The notes: generated from the letters alone by a model not told the origin. A stretch of 62,475 bases of DNA from an uncultured Candidatus Peribacteria bacterium (GCA_964584385.1 CAZOZW010000001.1:1-62475); one strand, 5' to 3'; shown: positions 35,578 through 45,823, counted from the first letter of the stretch. Program-made: numbers and translations.

Positions 35578-36489
35578 ATGTCAAGTGATCGCAATAGCAG
35601 CCCGACTGGTAAATACGATAAAACCGCATTATCTACTATTGAGCAAATACAGCTTTTGAAAAGCCGGGGGCTGATTATCAACAACATGGATTATGCCATA
35701 AATAAGCTCCAATTCATCGGCTATTATCATCTCTCAGCTTATTTTAAAACCTTTCAAAATCTACAAAACAATCATTTTCACTAAAACATCACCATAGAAG
35801 AAATAATCAAGCTCTATTCCTTAGATAGGAAATTACGAGCAATCTGTTTCGATGCCATCGAAAGAATCGAACTATCACTAAAAACACTTGTTACCGACCA
35901 CATGTCGAACGAGTGCAGTCCTTTTTGGTACACCAACCCGAGTTGTTTCCGAGAGAACTTTGTACACACTGCAGAATTAAATCGATTGCAAAAAGATGTG
36001 AACAGGCACAAGTACAAGAGCGGTATGATAGAATATTATTATCGAAAATACGATGAAGAACATGTGCCGAGCTGGATGCTGATGGAAGTGGTTCCATTTG
36101 GGTGTGTGATAAAACTCTTCAAAAACTTGAAACGTCATCATCAAAAGGCTGTAGCAAAACATTACGGGTTTAACGAAGTAATAATCATATCTTGGGTAAT
36201 TCTCCTGCTCGATATCCGAAACATCTGCGCGCATCACGAACGACTATGGAATCGGAATCTCAAAAGAATCAAAATCCCACGTGGCAACTCTTGCTTCTCG
36301 CATCATGGTAGGTTATTCAACGGTTTTCTTGTTATATCACATTTGCTGAATGTGATAAGTCCTGGGCCTACACTCATCGAAGATCTAATCAAACTATTAA
36401 GAAAATCTCATATCGATCTCACCCAAATGGGCTTTAGCGAAAACTGGGAAAATTGCCTCTTGGTAAAAAAAAATAAACAAGTGCGTTGA
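35578..36489 (+). pseudogene. Abi_2 family (AbiD/AbiF-like) abortive-infection protein interrupted by one in-frame TAA (35782-35784)
   Basis: Track ORFs 35578-35784 and 35902-36489 are in the same frame. The intervening codons read NITIEEIIKLYSLDRKLRAICFDAIERIELSLKTLVTDH without further stops. Abi_2 motifs: QIQLLKSRGL, YYHLSAYFK, LYSLDRKLR, PSWMLMEVVPFG, IRNICAHHERLWNR. Confidence 0.8.
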
Positions 36490-36520
36490 TTTTTGCCATA
36501 AAAATACCGATAATCTACTC

Positions 36521-37780
36521 ATGAAAAATATCAATGTTTTAGCGTTCCCCGGAACCAACTGCCAAACCGAAACCGCTCGTGCCTTGCGCGAGGCGGGTTT
36601 TGCTTCTAGGATTATGAAATGGAATGATGATCCTCAAGAAATTTACGAAAGCGATGGAATAGTTATCGCCGGTGGTTTTTCGTTCGAAGACCGCGGTCGA
36701 AGTGGGGTTATTGCTGCCGCCGACCCTGTGGCAGAAGTCTTAAAAAAGATGGCAGCAGAGGGGAAGCCGCTATTGGGGATTTGTAATGGCGCACAGGTTC
36801 TGGTAGAAATCGGCTTGGTGCCGGGCATAAATGGCGTAAGGCTCGATTCGGCTTTGGCTCGCAATCGCCGACAAGACGAAACAGGGATTTTAGGCAGCGG
36901 TTATTTTCATGATTTCGTACATGTAAAACCGACTGGGATTAAAGGGGCTTGGGCGAGCTTTGACGGTGTTTTGAAAATGCCGATCGCCCATGGTGAAGGC
37001 AGATTCACCGTAACAGATGAGGTTTTAGAGCAGATAAAAGAAAAAAAACTTAACTGCCTCACCTATTGTGATGCCGAGGGAAATATTGATGAGCACTTTC
37101 CAATAAACCCGAATGGTTCGGTGCTGGGCATGGCGGCGCTGTGCAACGAGCAAGGAAATGTAATGGCAATGATGCCGCACCCCGAACGAAGTAAAGATAG
37201 CCCTTCTTTTTTTAGTGCTTTACATGGCTTTTTTGAGCGAAAAACTGAGTCAACCACAACCAGTAATTGCGATGACACAACTGTGGCTGAAGGTGCCGAA
37301 AAAACTGACTACGACATTGAGCTCTTTGTGCAGTTGAAAATTACCGATAACGCCGAAAAAACCATTGAAAAAACGGCAAAGCGTATTTTTAAAGATGATC
37401 GAATATCGCTTGAGCGTCGCCTATTCTGGGGGATTATGACGACCGGGGATACGATGGAACTCGCAAAAAAACTGGTCGCGGCCGACGAATTTCACAACCC
37501 GAATAAAGAGACGCTACATGCGAAGATCAATGGCAATTTCTACAAAGCAAACGGTAAAAATCTCGAAGAAACCAGCAATCCTTTGCTCCAAAATACGTTT
37601 TACGCTTTTGAGCGAGATGACATTGTTGGTGAAGAGAAGACCGAACTCTTACAAAAGCACTTGGGCATACACGCCAAAGTTCGCTTTGGCGTTGCTTGGA
37701 GCGTGGCAGAAGGACCGATTGAAACGCTAGAAAAAAGCAACTTGTTTGCGAACCCGGTAAGCTGGGAAGTTGCCGTTTAA
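36521..37780 (+). CDS. purQ: phosphoribosylformylglycinamidine synthase glutaminase subunit PurQ fused to a PurS-like C-terminal region
   Basis: PurQ motifs: NVLAFPGTNCQTE...GIVIAGGFSFEDR...LLGICNGAQVL...AHGEGRF...MPHPER. The C-terminal 155 aa or so (from nt 37313) carries two PurS-like units ending ...DEFHNPNKE and ...NLFANPVSWE. Confidence 0.8.
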   Translation: MKNINVLAFPGTNCQTETARALREAGFASRIMKWNDDPQEIYESDGIVIAGGFSFEDRGRSGVIAAADPVAEVLKKMAAEGKPLLGICNGAQVLVEIGLVPGINGVRLDSALARNRRQDETGILGSGYFHDFVHVKPTGIKGAWASFDGVLKMPIAHGEGRFTVTDEVLEQIKEKKLNCLTYCDAEGNIDEHFPINPNGSVLGMAALCNEQGNVMAMMPHPERSKDSPSFFSALHGFFERKTESTTTSNCDDTTVAEGAEKTDYDIELFVQLKITDNAEKTIEKTAKRIFKDDRISLERRLFWGIMTTGDTMELAKKLVAADEFHNPNKETLHAKINGNFYKANGKNLEETSNPLLQNTFYAFERDDIVGEEKTELLQKHLGIHAKVRFGVAWSVAEGPIETLEKSNLFANPVSWEVAV

Positions 37781-37784
37781 TCAT

Positions 37785-38708
37785 ATGAATCTTGCAAGAA
37801 AGGAGCATGACCAGCAACAAGCATATGAGCAACGAATAACGCGAGAATTTCCTGAAATAATCATCAATTCATCTATTATGAACGATGAAGGCTGGGACCA
37901 TGTCGTTCTTTTCATTAACGATGAAATCGTGTTTCGTTTTCCGCGAAACAGAGAATATGAAAGTCTACTAAAAAAAGAAATCGAGCTCCTACAAATCCTT
38001 AAGCCAAACCTTCCCCTGAAAATACCCGAATATCATTATTTTGCCAAAAAAGATTCATTCGCCGGCTACAGAATGCTTGAAGGAGAACAGCTCAATACTC
38101 AACTCTTCAGCGATATCTCGCCTAAAAAAAGCCAAACTATCGCACAACAACTCGCAGACTTTTTAACAGCGATCCATAAAACCTCTCAAAAAAGCCTTCA
38201 AGGTTGTGCCCCGGACACAGAAGCAGAAACTCCCCATTGGGAATACCTTGAGATCCTGCATCAAAAGCTATCTTCACACCTAAACCATGAGGAGGTCTCT
38301 CTCGTTGAACAATTTTTAGAGCGATACGCTAACATCTTAGAAAAAAGCAATCACACCCATGTTCTCATCCATAATGATTTTGGACCAGATCATCTCCTAT
38401 GGAATCAGGTTGATTCCAGCATTGCTGTTATAGATTTTAGCGATCGAAAGATAGGTGATCCTGCTTGTGATTTTGCACTCCTCTGGCATTACGGCGAGGC
38501 ATTTGTAAAACAAGTCTATCAGAATTACCAGGGCGAAAAAGATGATTGGATGCCCCATCGCTCAAGACTGTATTTCGAAAGACTTGCCTTGCATCGCATG
38601 CAAGATGCACTCGAAGGATACCCTTGTACATTCGCAGAAGGCAGGGCGCACCTCAAACACATGCGGAACCACTGCCAAAGCGAATGGGCCACATTGAAAA
38701 CTAAATAA
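37785..38708 (+). CDS. aminoglycoside/choline-kinase-type phosphotransferase (APH family)
   Basis: VLIHNDFGPDHLLWN...IAVIDFSDRKIGDPACDFALLW shows the catalytic HxDxxxxN and DFS/D motifs. Confidence 0.75.
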   Translation: MNLARKEHDQQQAYEQRITREFPEIIINSSIMNDEGWDHVVLFINDEIVFRFPRNREYESLLKKEIELLQILKPNLPLKIPEYHYFAKKDSFAGYRMLEGEQLNTQLFSDISPKKSQTIAQQLADFLTAIHKTSQKSLQGCAPDTEAETPHWEYLEILHQKLSSHLNHEEVSLVEQFLERYANILEKSNHTHVLIHNDFGPDHLLWNQVDSSIAVIDFSDRKIGDPACDFALLWHYGEAFVKQVYQNYQGEKDDWMPHRSRLYFERLALHRMQDALEGYPCTFAEGRAHLKHMRNHCQSEWATLKTK

Positions 38709-38755
38709 ACCACCTCTTGAGCAAGGGTGCTCTAAAAACTAGATAGCATTCTCTC

Positions 38756-39136
38756 TTACGAATCGGGCATCAGCTCTTCATCGAGCAAAGCAACCGCGGT
38801 ATCGTAGCGAATGTATTTCGGACGCTCGGCCTTAACCATGGTTTTAATCGTTTCATCATTATCCATGGCGGCCAATGTTTGTAAATCGGCGATCTGCATC
38901 GAGAGTATCTCGTTCTGGCGCATCAGCTCTTTTCGTTCTACCTCAAGCCCTTTGAGTTCGTACCCTACAGTGGCGTTGCGATTAACGTGCGAAAGAAACA
39001 AAAGTGAGAACAAACCAATCACCGCAATGCTAATAAACAAAAAGGCACCTACGCTCATTTCAAGCCGCTGAGATAACGGGCGCTTGCGAACTGAGACGCG
39101 AGTGGGGTTTTCGGCATTGGGTGCAAGGTTGATCAC
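38756..39136 (-). CDS. FtsL-like single-pass coiled-coil division protein (by position and topology)
   Basis: One TM segment (VGAFLFISIAVIGLFSLLFL) followed by a leucine-zipper-like helix (LKGLEVERKELMRQNEILSMQIADLQTL). 4-bp overlap with the rsmH stop. Confidence 0.5.
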   Translation of the reverse strand: MINLAPNAENPTRVSVRKRPLSQRLEMSVGAFLFISIAVIGLFSLLFLSHVNRNATVGYELKGLEVERKELMRQNEILSMQIADLQTLAAMDNDETIKTMVKAERPKYIRYDTAVALLDEELMPDS

Positions 39137-40080
39137 GGAGTGGGAGAGAAAGGAAACGCTTCTAGAGCGCGGAGTTTTGCACTACGAGCACGAGGATTAT
39201 CCTGTTGCTCGGCATATGTTGGGATGATGACTTTTTTATTGATTCGTTGCCAGCTGCATTGCTGTTCGACTGATTGCTCCTTTGCACGGAAGAATTGCTT
39301 TACCATGCGGTCTTCGAGCGAGTGAAAGGTGATAGTGGCGATGCGTCCTTGGGGTTTAACCAATGAGCATGCCAATGGCAATGCGGTTTCAAGCTGTTCA
39401 AGCTCACCATTTACGGCGATTCTCAATGCTTGAAACACTCTAGAAGCTGCTTTTTTCGGTGAACGATACACGGTCTTTTCGATCACTTCCATCAGCTCTC
39501 CGGTTGTAGAAACAGGATGCTGCTCTCGACGGGCGACCAGTTCGGCGGCGATTTGGCGCGAGAATCGCTCTTGTCCGTAGACATAGATGATTCTTGCCAA
39601 CTCTTGTTGAGAAGTATCTGCTAAAAGATCGGCGGCCGTTGTTTGGAGTTTTGAATTCATCCGCATATCGAGCGGAGCATCGAATCGGTATGAAAAACCG
39701 CGTTCGGCATCATCAAGATGAGCCGAGGAGATACCAAGGTCGAAAAAGATTGCGTCGACATGGCCGACGTTTCTCATATTGCATTCATGCACAATCGAGC
39801 TGAATTCGGCTTGAATGAACTCAATATTATCAAACGAAGCAAGATTCTGCTTGGCGATGGCAATATTGCGGGCATCCCAGTCGAACGCGTAAACCTTACC
39901 GGTTTTACCAACGACATTGGCAAAAGCTTTACTGTGCCCACCAAGACCAAGCGTGGCGTCGATGACGACCATACCGGGTTTTATGTCGAGAACCTGTAAG
40001 ACTTCATTCAGTAAAATCGGCTGATGAGTAAGTGTATTCACCTGAGGCAACGAATATGTAAAAGGGCAGAATGTAGGCAT
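39133..40080 (-). CDS. rsmH: 16S rRNA (cytosine1402-N4)-methyltransferase
   Basis: HQPILLNEVLQVLDIKPGMVVIDATLGLGGHSKAF...FDLGISSAHLDDAERGFSYRFDAPLDMRM...FHSLEDR. Confidence 0.93.
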   Translation of the reverse strand: MPTFCPFTYSLPQVNTLTHQPILLNEVLQVLDIKPGMVVIDATLGLGGHSKAFANVVGKTGKVYAFDWDARNIAIAKQNLASFDNIEFIQAEFSSIVHECNMRNVGHVDAIFFDLGISSAHLDDAERGFSYRFDAPLDMRMNSKLQTTAADLLADTSQQELARIIYVYGQERFSRQIAAELVARREQHPVSTTGELMEVIEKTVYRSPKKAASRVFQALRIAVNGELEQLETALPLACSLVKPQGRIATITFHSLEDRMVKQFFRAKEQSVEQQCSWQRINKKVIIPTYAEQQDNPRARSAKLRALEAFPFSPTP

Positions 40081-40265
40081 CGCTTTTTCGTTTGAACAGT
40101 ATTTTTATTCAATAGCGACACAAAATTATCATCTTTCAGCTTAGTTCACGTGTTTTACGCCGTCAAGGATAATGATTTTTTCACTTTGAACAACGCAGCC
40201 AAAAAAGCAAGAAAAGTGTAGAGATTCGCTTTATGAAAGGCAAAAAACAGAATTACACCTGCGTT

Positions 40266-40898
40266 TCAAATTTTTAGTTGCGCATCTTTAATTTTATTTT
40301 CTGGTATACATCCTTGTCGTACGAGCCCCCAACTGTCGCCATTGACTCTCACAATGGTGCTCGCCATGTCTTCAATAGTTTGATTTGTCGCTTCATCTTG
40401 CGAAAATACGGCGATGTCTTCTTGTCGGTATCTGTCGAAGATGGCTGCAAAATCGGTTAATGGTGATTCGCCAGAAAAATTGACACTGGTAGAAGTAAGC
40501 GGGTGTTGATAAAGCTGTAAGAATTGTAATAATGAACTATTACCCGGGACCCGAAACGCGAACTCCGGCGCATTTGGGAAAAAATCCGGGAGTGTGTTTT
40601 CTTTTCGTGGAAGCAGCATGGTAAGTGGACCTGGCCAAAAGATTTTCGCAAAATGCTTTGCCAAACGAGAGCACTCTGCAAAAGACTCGACCATATTCAT
40701 ATTTTCGGCAAGAAGGACGAATGGCTTTTCTGGTGGTCGACGTTTTAGACGAGTAATTTCTGCAAGTGCATTGCCAAATCGTGCATCAACCGTAAAACCG
40801 GGAATAGTGTCGGTAGGAGTAACGGCGACTTTTTGCATTTGAAGATGCTTTGCAAGGGTATCAAAGTTCTTTGTATTGAATGTACTTTTTGTAGCCAT
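40266..40898 (-). CDS. tsaC: L-threonylcarbamoyladenylate synthase (YrdC/Sua5 domain)
   Basis: VAVTPTDTIPGFTVDA...ITRLKRRPPEKPFVLL...FWPGPLTMLL...FRVP...PLTSTSVNFSGESP. Confidence 0.85.
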   Translation of the reverse strand: MATKSTFNTKNFDTLAKHLQMQKVAVTPTDTIPGFTVDARFGNALAEITRLKRRPPEKPFVLLAENMNMVESFAECSRLAKHFAKIFWPGPLTMLLPRKENTLPDFFPNAPEFAFRVPGNSSLLQFLQLYQHPLTSTSVNFSGESPLTDFAAIFDRYRQEDIAVFSQDEATNQTIEDMASTIVRVNGDSWGLVRQGCIPENKIKDAQLKI

Positions 40899-40900
40899 TT

Positions 40901-41446
40901 TTATTCAGATATTTTAGAAATCGCCGTATCGCCGATATTCGCCAGGCGCTTAGCAGCAGCATTTGTTATGAGCCATTCTTTAGCAGGCAGAGGCACCATT
41001 CGCTGCCATAGATCATCCTGATCGAGGATTGATTGACGAACTAATGTGGCGGAAATACCGGTGGTATCGTTAAGTGCAACCACCTGCTTATTCGAGTACT
41101 GCTCAAAAAGATGACGAACCAATGGGGAGCCAGAGTAAACCCTACTGAACTCAGGTACAAGCAGCTCGGTGTGCCGTGGCCATAGGGCATAGTTGTTGAT
41201 ATTGCGCACCGGTACAATCGTAAATAATGCCGGATCAATACCAGCTGCAATTAGTGATTGGCGGATAATCGTAAAACGTTCACCGGCGGTAAATGGGTTA
41301 TCGGGAGTAAGATTTTGTTCGGCGGAACCAATGCCGATGATCAGAAATTCAATATTGTCGGCAAATATCTGGCGCACAGCATCTAAGTGACCCAAATGAA
41401 ACGGCTGAAACCGACCGATGAATAGTGCTGTTTCTGTGCTTTGCAC
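40901..41446 (-). CDS. nicotinamide-nucleotide adenylyltransferase, archaeal-type (cytidylyltransferase fold)
   Basis: ALFIGRFQPFHLGHLDAVRQI...IIGIGSAEQNLTPDNPFTAGERFTIIRQSL. Confidence 0.82.
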   Translation of the reverse strand: MQSTETALFIGRFQPFHLGHLDAVRQIFADNIEFLIIGIGSAEQNLTPDNPFTAGERFTIIRQSLIAAGIDPALFTIVPVRNINNYALWPRHTELLVPEFSRVYSGSPLVRHLFEQYSNKQVVALNDTTGISATLVRQSILDQDDLWQRMVPLPAKEWLITNAAAKRLANIGDTAISKISE

Positions 41447-41572
41447 GAGAGTTGTAGAAAAATCGGATGCAGTTTTTCATATTTTATAGCTTCTGACAAA
41501 TCGCCGCTTCTGACGAAGACAGAAGATGGATATTGAAAAAATCAACGAAAAAAGGTAAAATACAAAGAAAAT

Positions 41573-42184
41573 ATGCGACAAAAATCTCTTTTTAGCATCT
41601 CCGGCTTTACCCTAATAGAGCTCTTGGTTGTAATCACAGTTATTGGGATTATGGTAACCGGTGCGACTGCCACCTATCGATCTTCGCAACAAAAAGCTCG
41701 CGATTCGATTCGTGAGCAAGATGTAATGGCGCTCAAGTTTGCCTCAGAGCAGTATTATACCGATCTCAGTTATTATGCGCGGGCAGACGAAGTAGAAGCC
41801 CTGCTGGTTTCGCAAAAATATTTAGTAAGCATTCCAAAAGACCCAAAAGCAGGGCAAAGCGATTCACAAACCCAATTCAACTACACATATGGCGTCGCAC
41901 AAGACCCCAAAACCTCTATTAAAGGGCAGTACTACGAAATAAGCGCTAATTTCGAGAATAAAGGAAACAGCAGCTCAAAAGAAGGCTGCGATGATTTTGA
42001 GTGTAGTGGCAGACCGGGAGTGGTAAACGCCGATAGTGGCAATGATGGCACCAGGTGGGAGGTTGGCAGCGGCATGGATAATGTAGATAGCTCGCTCAAC
42101 ACCGACGGCTCGGTTTTAGGTTCGAACACGTTTGGTGGCGGCGAGCCGGCCGAAAGCGGTGATGCGCTGATTTTAGGTGACTAG
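41573..42184 (+). CDS. type IV pilin / pseudopilin with prepilin N-terminal methylation motif
   Basis: SGFTLIELLVVITVIGIMVTGA matches the class III signal peptide G|FTLIE. The C-terminal part is G/S/D-rich. Confidence 0.82.
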   Translation: MRQKSLFSISGFTLIELLVVITVIGIMVTGATATYRSSQQKARDSIREQDVMALKFASEQYYTDLSYYARADEVEALLVSQKYLVSIPKDPKAGQSDSQTQFNYTYGVAQDPKTSIKGQYYEISANFENKGNSSSKEGCDDFECSGRPGVVNADSGNDGTRWEVGSGMDNVDSSLNTDGSVLGSNTFGGGEPAESGDALILGD

Positions 42185-42251
42185 CAAAACCGGCAAATGA
42201 CATCAAAAAGTGAGAGTCGCCTGTTTGGCTTGCGAAAATCGGCCGGAAAAC

Positions 42252-44591
42252 CTACGACTTACGCCGTCGAAACTTACGCACCGGGGCTTCGGCGAGGAGC
42301 TTTTGGCAGTCGGCTTTTTTGAGGGTTTTCGGATCTACGTCTTTGGGGATTTTTGCGTTCTTTTTACCATCGGTGATGTAGGGGCCGTATTGCCCGTTGA
42401 GGACTTGAATCTTTACATCGGGGAATTCGTTGATAATACGGTTTTTTTGCTGCTCGGCTTTCTCTTTGATCTTGCCCAAGGCTTCTTCGAAAGTAATAGT
42501 GAAAAGGTCGTCTTCGGAGATCGAGACAAACGTTGTATCGTGTTTGATGTAAGGACCATAGCGCCCAACACTTACGATGATGTCTTCACCGTCTTTGGCG
42601 GCGCCAAGGTTGCGGGGAAGCTGAAAGTTATGCAGTGCTTCTTCAAACGTGATCGACTCGAGCATCTGATGGCTGAGAAGTGGCGCGAAATCGGGTTTTT
42701 CTTCGCTCTCGGTTTCGCCTCGTTGTAGCATAGCACCGTATTTACCAAGCTTTGCGAAAATCGGCTTGCCGGTATCGGGGCAGGTACCGAGCTTACGAGT
42801 TTGATTCGCTTCTCCTCGCGGAATATCTTCACCCGCCTCAACGGTTCGCATGAATGGCTTATAAAAAGCATCTAAAAAATGCACCCAGTCTTCTTTCTTT
42901 TCAGCAATGCCGTCGAGTTTTTCTTCCATGTGGGCGGTGAATTTTAAGTCGACGATGTCTTTAAAATGCTTAGCAAGCAGATCGGTAACCACAAACGCCG
43001 TATCGGTAGGAGCAAGCTGGCGCCCTTCTTTGCGCACGTATCCGCGCGAGATGATTGTGGTGATGGTCGGAGCATACGTCGATGGTCGACCGATACCTTC
43101 GGTTTCCATTTTTTTAACAAGACTCGCCTCGGTATAACGTGGGGGCGGCTTGGTAAAATGCTGCTTTTGATCGATTTTTTGGGGCCTGATATCTTCACCT
43201 TGTTTTATCTCCGGCAAAATCGCTTCTTCGTTTTCGTTGATCTCATCGTCGCGTCCTTCGGCGTAGACTTTTAAAAAACCAGGGAAGATAATCTTTTGCC
43301 CGGTAGAGCGGAAAATGTGCGACTTTTTTGCGCCGCTTTTTCCAATAACCTCGAAATCGATTCCGGTTTGCGCCAATTTGGCAGCTGCCATTTGGCTGGC
43401 AATGGTGCGTTGCCAAATCAGTTCGTAGAGCTTACGTGCATCGGGGTCGAGCTTGGTTTTTGGCAGATCGAATACCTGTTCGGGTGTACGACTCAGTTCG
43501 GTTGGACGGATTGCCTCATGGGCTTCTTGGGCACCTTTTGCCTTTTTTGCAAAGACCCGGGTCTCGGTGTATTCTTTTCCATAACGCTTCTTAATGACAG
43601 ATGCCGCATCGCCCAACGCTTTTTTTGAAAGATTGGTCGAATCGGTACGCATGTAAGTAATAAGCCCACCCGCTTCGCCTTTGCCAAGGTCGATTCCTTC
43701 GTAGAGCTTTTGCGCCAGTGTCATCGTCTTTTTAACCGAAAAGCCGAGTTTACGTGCCGCCTCTTGCTGCAAAGTAGAAGTAATGAACGGTGGCGATGGC
43801 TTCCGTTGAACCTCTTTTTCGGTGATATCTTTGGCATTAAAATCTTGCCCTTTTATCGCGGTATAGATTGCTTCGGATTCTTCTTTCGTTTTCGGAACGA
43901 ACTTTTTGCCATCGAGTTTTTGAAACTGTGCCAAAAACTTTTTCCCGTCTTTTTCTAAATGCGCCGTAAGGGTCCAATATTCTTCGGGGTTGAACGCCAT
44001 GATCTCGCGTTCGCGGTCGACGATCAATTTTACCGCCACACTTTGTACGCGCCCGGCAGAAAGACCGAAGCGGATTTTTTTCCAGAGCAAGGGAGAGAGT
44101 TTATAGCCGACGAGTCGGTCGAGTACGCGCCGCGCCTGCTGAGCATGAACAAGATCGGTATCGACCTCACGTGGATTTTTAACGGCGTCCAAAATCGCGT
44201 TTTTAGTGATTTCGTGAAATACGATCCGTTTAACCGGATTCGTTTTTTTTGGCTTGAGCACCTCTAATAAATGCCAGGCTATGGCTTCTCCTTCGCGGTC
44301 TTCATCGCTTGCCAGCCAGATTACGGTATTCGGTTCGAGTTCTTTTTTGAGCTTGGCGACATGTTTTTTAGAGTTCGGCGGCACCACATATAAAGGTGCG
44401 AAATTATTATCGACATCTATACCGAGTGAGGCATAGGGCAATTTTTGCTGTGATGGCGGCAGATCGGCCTTTTTATTCGGCAGATCGCGGATATGCCCGT
44501 ACGAGCTTTCAACGGTATAATCGTTACCCAAAAAGCGCGTGAGCATACGCGCTTTTGTAGGGGATTCGACGATGACAAGATTTTTAGCCAT
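42252..44591 (-). CDS. topA: DNA topoisomerase I
   Basis: MAKNLVIVESPTKARMLTRFLG...SYGHIRDLP is the Toprim region. Also DEDREGEAIAWH and GLITYMRTDS (active-site Tyr region). The C-terminal repeats are of the GRYGPYI type. Start moved to the ATG at 44591. Confidence 0.97.
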   Translation of the reverse strand: MAKNLVIVESPTKARMLTRFLGNDYTVESSYGHIRDLPNKKADLPPSQQKLPYASLGIDVDNNFAPLYVVPPNSKKHVAKLKKELEPNTVIWLASDEDREGEAIAWHLLEVLKPKKTNPVKRIVFHEITKNAILDAVKNPREVDTDLVHAQQARRVLDRLVGYKLSPLLWKKIRFGLSAGRVQSVAVKLIVDREREIMAFNPEEYWTLTAHLEKDGKKFLAQFQKLDGKKFVPKTKEESEAIYTAIKGQDFNAKDITEKEVQRKPSPPFITSTLQQEAARKLGFSVKKTMTLAQKLYEGIDLGKGEAGGLITYMRTDSTNLSKKALGDAASVIKKRYGKEYTETRVFAKKAKGAQEAHEAIRPTELSRTPEQVFDLPKTKLDPDARKLYELIWQRTIASQMAAAKLAQTGIDFEVIGKSGAKKSHIFRSTGQKIIFPGFLKVYAEGRDDEINENEEAILPEIKQGEDIRPQKIDQKQHFTKPPPRYTEASLVKKMETEGIGRPSTYAPTITTIISRGYVRKEGRQLAPTDTAFVVTDLLAKHFKDIVDLKFTAHMEEKLDGIAEKKEDWVHFLDAFYKPFMRTVEAGEDIPRGEANQTRKLGTCPDTGKPIFAKLGKYGAMLQRGETESEEKPDFAPLLSHQMLESITFEEALHNFQLPRNLGAAKDGEDIIVSVGRYGPYIKHDTTFVSISEDDLFTITFEEALGKIKEKAEQQKNRIINEFPDVKIQVLNGQYGPYITDGKKNAKIPKDVDPKTLKKADCQKLLAEAPVRKFRRRKS

Positions 44592-44809
44592 ATCAACAAT
44601 TTTATACATTTTTCTCACCCAGAGCCCCTGCGTTACGGGCGCGCCAGAGTGTTTCACACAATAACCGAGTGTGTCAAAGCGTTTTATTGTGCAATACTAA
44701 CAGGCTGTTGCAAAAATATCAAAGTGAGTTCAGTTCATTGATGCAAAAACCATTTGTCAAAAACAAGTTTTCATGGAAAAATACGTTTGATTTTTTTGAC
44801 ATACTCGAA

Positions 44810-45445
44810 ATGGCCGTTCTAAAAGTAAACCCAACACGCGTTAACCTGCTTTCACTCCGTAAAAGAGTAAAAACCGCCCAGCGTGGTCATAAATTATTAA
44901 AAGATAAGCGCGATGGTTTAATGAAGCAATTCATGGAGATTATTCGCGAAACCCGCACCTTGCGCCAAGAAGTGGAGGCGGAGATCGGCGATGTATTTCG
45001 TTATTTTTTGCAAGCCGGTGCGGTAATGAGCCCGGGAGCGCTCGAAGCGGCTTTTCTTTCGAGTACGGCAAAACTGGAGCTAGATGTAAAAACCAAGAAT
45101 GTGATGAGTGTGCGGATTCCTCAATTCGATGCCGAATTCAGTGGCAAGACGATCGGCTTTACTACGGTTGGCACCGCCAGCTCGCTTGAGGTAGCGCTAG
45201 AAAAACTGCAAGAGCTTTTTCCAAAGCTACTCCGATTAGCCGAAATGGAAAAAGCTGCCGAGGCACTTGCCGATGAGATCGAAAAAACACGTCGTCGCGT
45301 AAACACCCTCGAACACCGTATGATACCAGATTTAAAAGACACCGTGCGCTTTATCACGATGAAACTCGAAGAATCGGCCCGCGACAGCTTGGTATCGGTA
45401 ATGCGCATCAAGTCGATGATCGAGGCGAAAGAAGCTGCAGCATAA
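44810..45445 (+). CDS. V/A-type ATP synthase subunit D homolog (orphan)
   Basis: MAVLKVNPTRVNLLSLRKRVKTAQRGHKLLKDKRDGLMKQF...ADEIEKTRRRVNTLEHRMIPDL is collinear with NtpD/AtpD. Start moved to the ATG at 44810. Confidence 0.85.
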   Translation: MAVLKVNPTRVNLLSLRKRVKTAQRGHKLLKDKRDGLMKQFMEIIRETRTLRQEVEAEIGDVFRYFLQAGAVMSPGALEAAFLSSTAKLELDVKTKNVMSVRIPQFDAEFSGKTIGFTTVGTASSLEVALEKLQELFPKLLRLAEMEKAAEALADEIEKTRRRVNTLEHRMIPDLKDTVRFITMKLEESARDSLVSVMRIKSMIEAKEAAA

Positions 45446-45449
45446 TCTT

Positions 45450-45809
45450 TTGTTGAACATGAAGCTCCAAGAAATCCTGCCGCCACATGTATCGGCACTT
45501 GTCGCAGAGTTTGATGTGTTTTCAACCGAGTTTCAACTTACCCCCGAAGAAAAATCAAACCGAGAAAGACTTGCTTTGTTACATCATGATCTGGAAAAAG
45601 TGGGCTTTACTATTCATCAGTTGATGCGCGAGCAAATGTTTGGTGATTCTTATAGTATCTGTAATCAACACAATCCACAAAGCCCGGATTATCTGCAAGA
45701 AAAGAAGGCCACTTTAGAACAAGAGATCGCCGAAAGCAAGCCGCCCGATGTTCTCAAAAGGGTTCGTCGTGGGCTTAAGGCGGTGAGAGAATCGATGATG
45801 GTAGCTTGA
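45450..45809 (+). CDS. small helical hypothetical protein (paralog of the next ORF)
   Basis: 119 aa. N-terminal LQEILPP and a C-terminal LKAVRESMMVA motif are shared with the 45824 ORF (LYEILPP ... TKAAKESFLSA). Confidence 0.55.
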   Translation: MLNMKLQEILPPHVSALVAEFDVFSTEFQLTPEEKSNRERLALLHHDLEKVGFTIHQLMREQMFGDSYSICNQHNPQSPDYLQEKKATLEQEIAESKPPDVLKRVRRGLKAVRESMMVA

Positions 45810-45823
45810 TTATTTGATTTCAG

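Noticed and set aside
35782-35784. Stop-codon reassignment or an alternative genetic code explaining the in-frame TAA in the Abi gene
   Set aside because: TAA, TAG and TGA all terminate well-conserved genes at the expected lengths (aroA and cysS with TAA, topA with TAG, rsmH with TGA). The code is therefore standard, and the TAA is a nonsense lesion or polymorphism.
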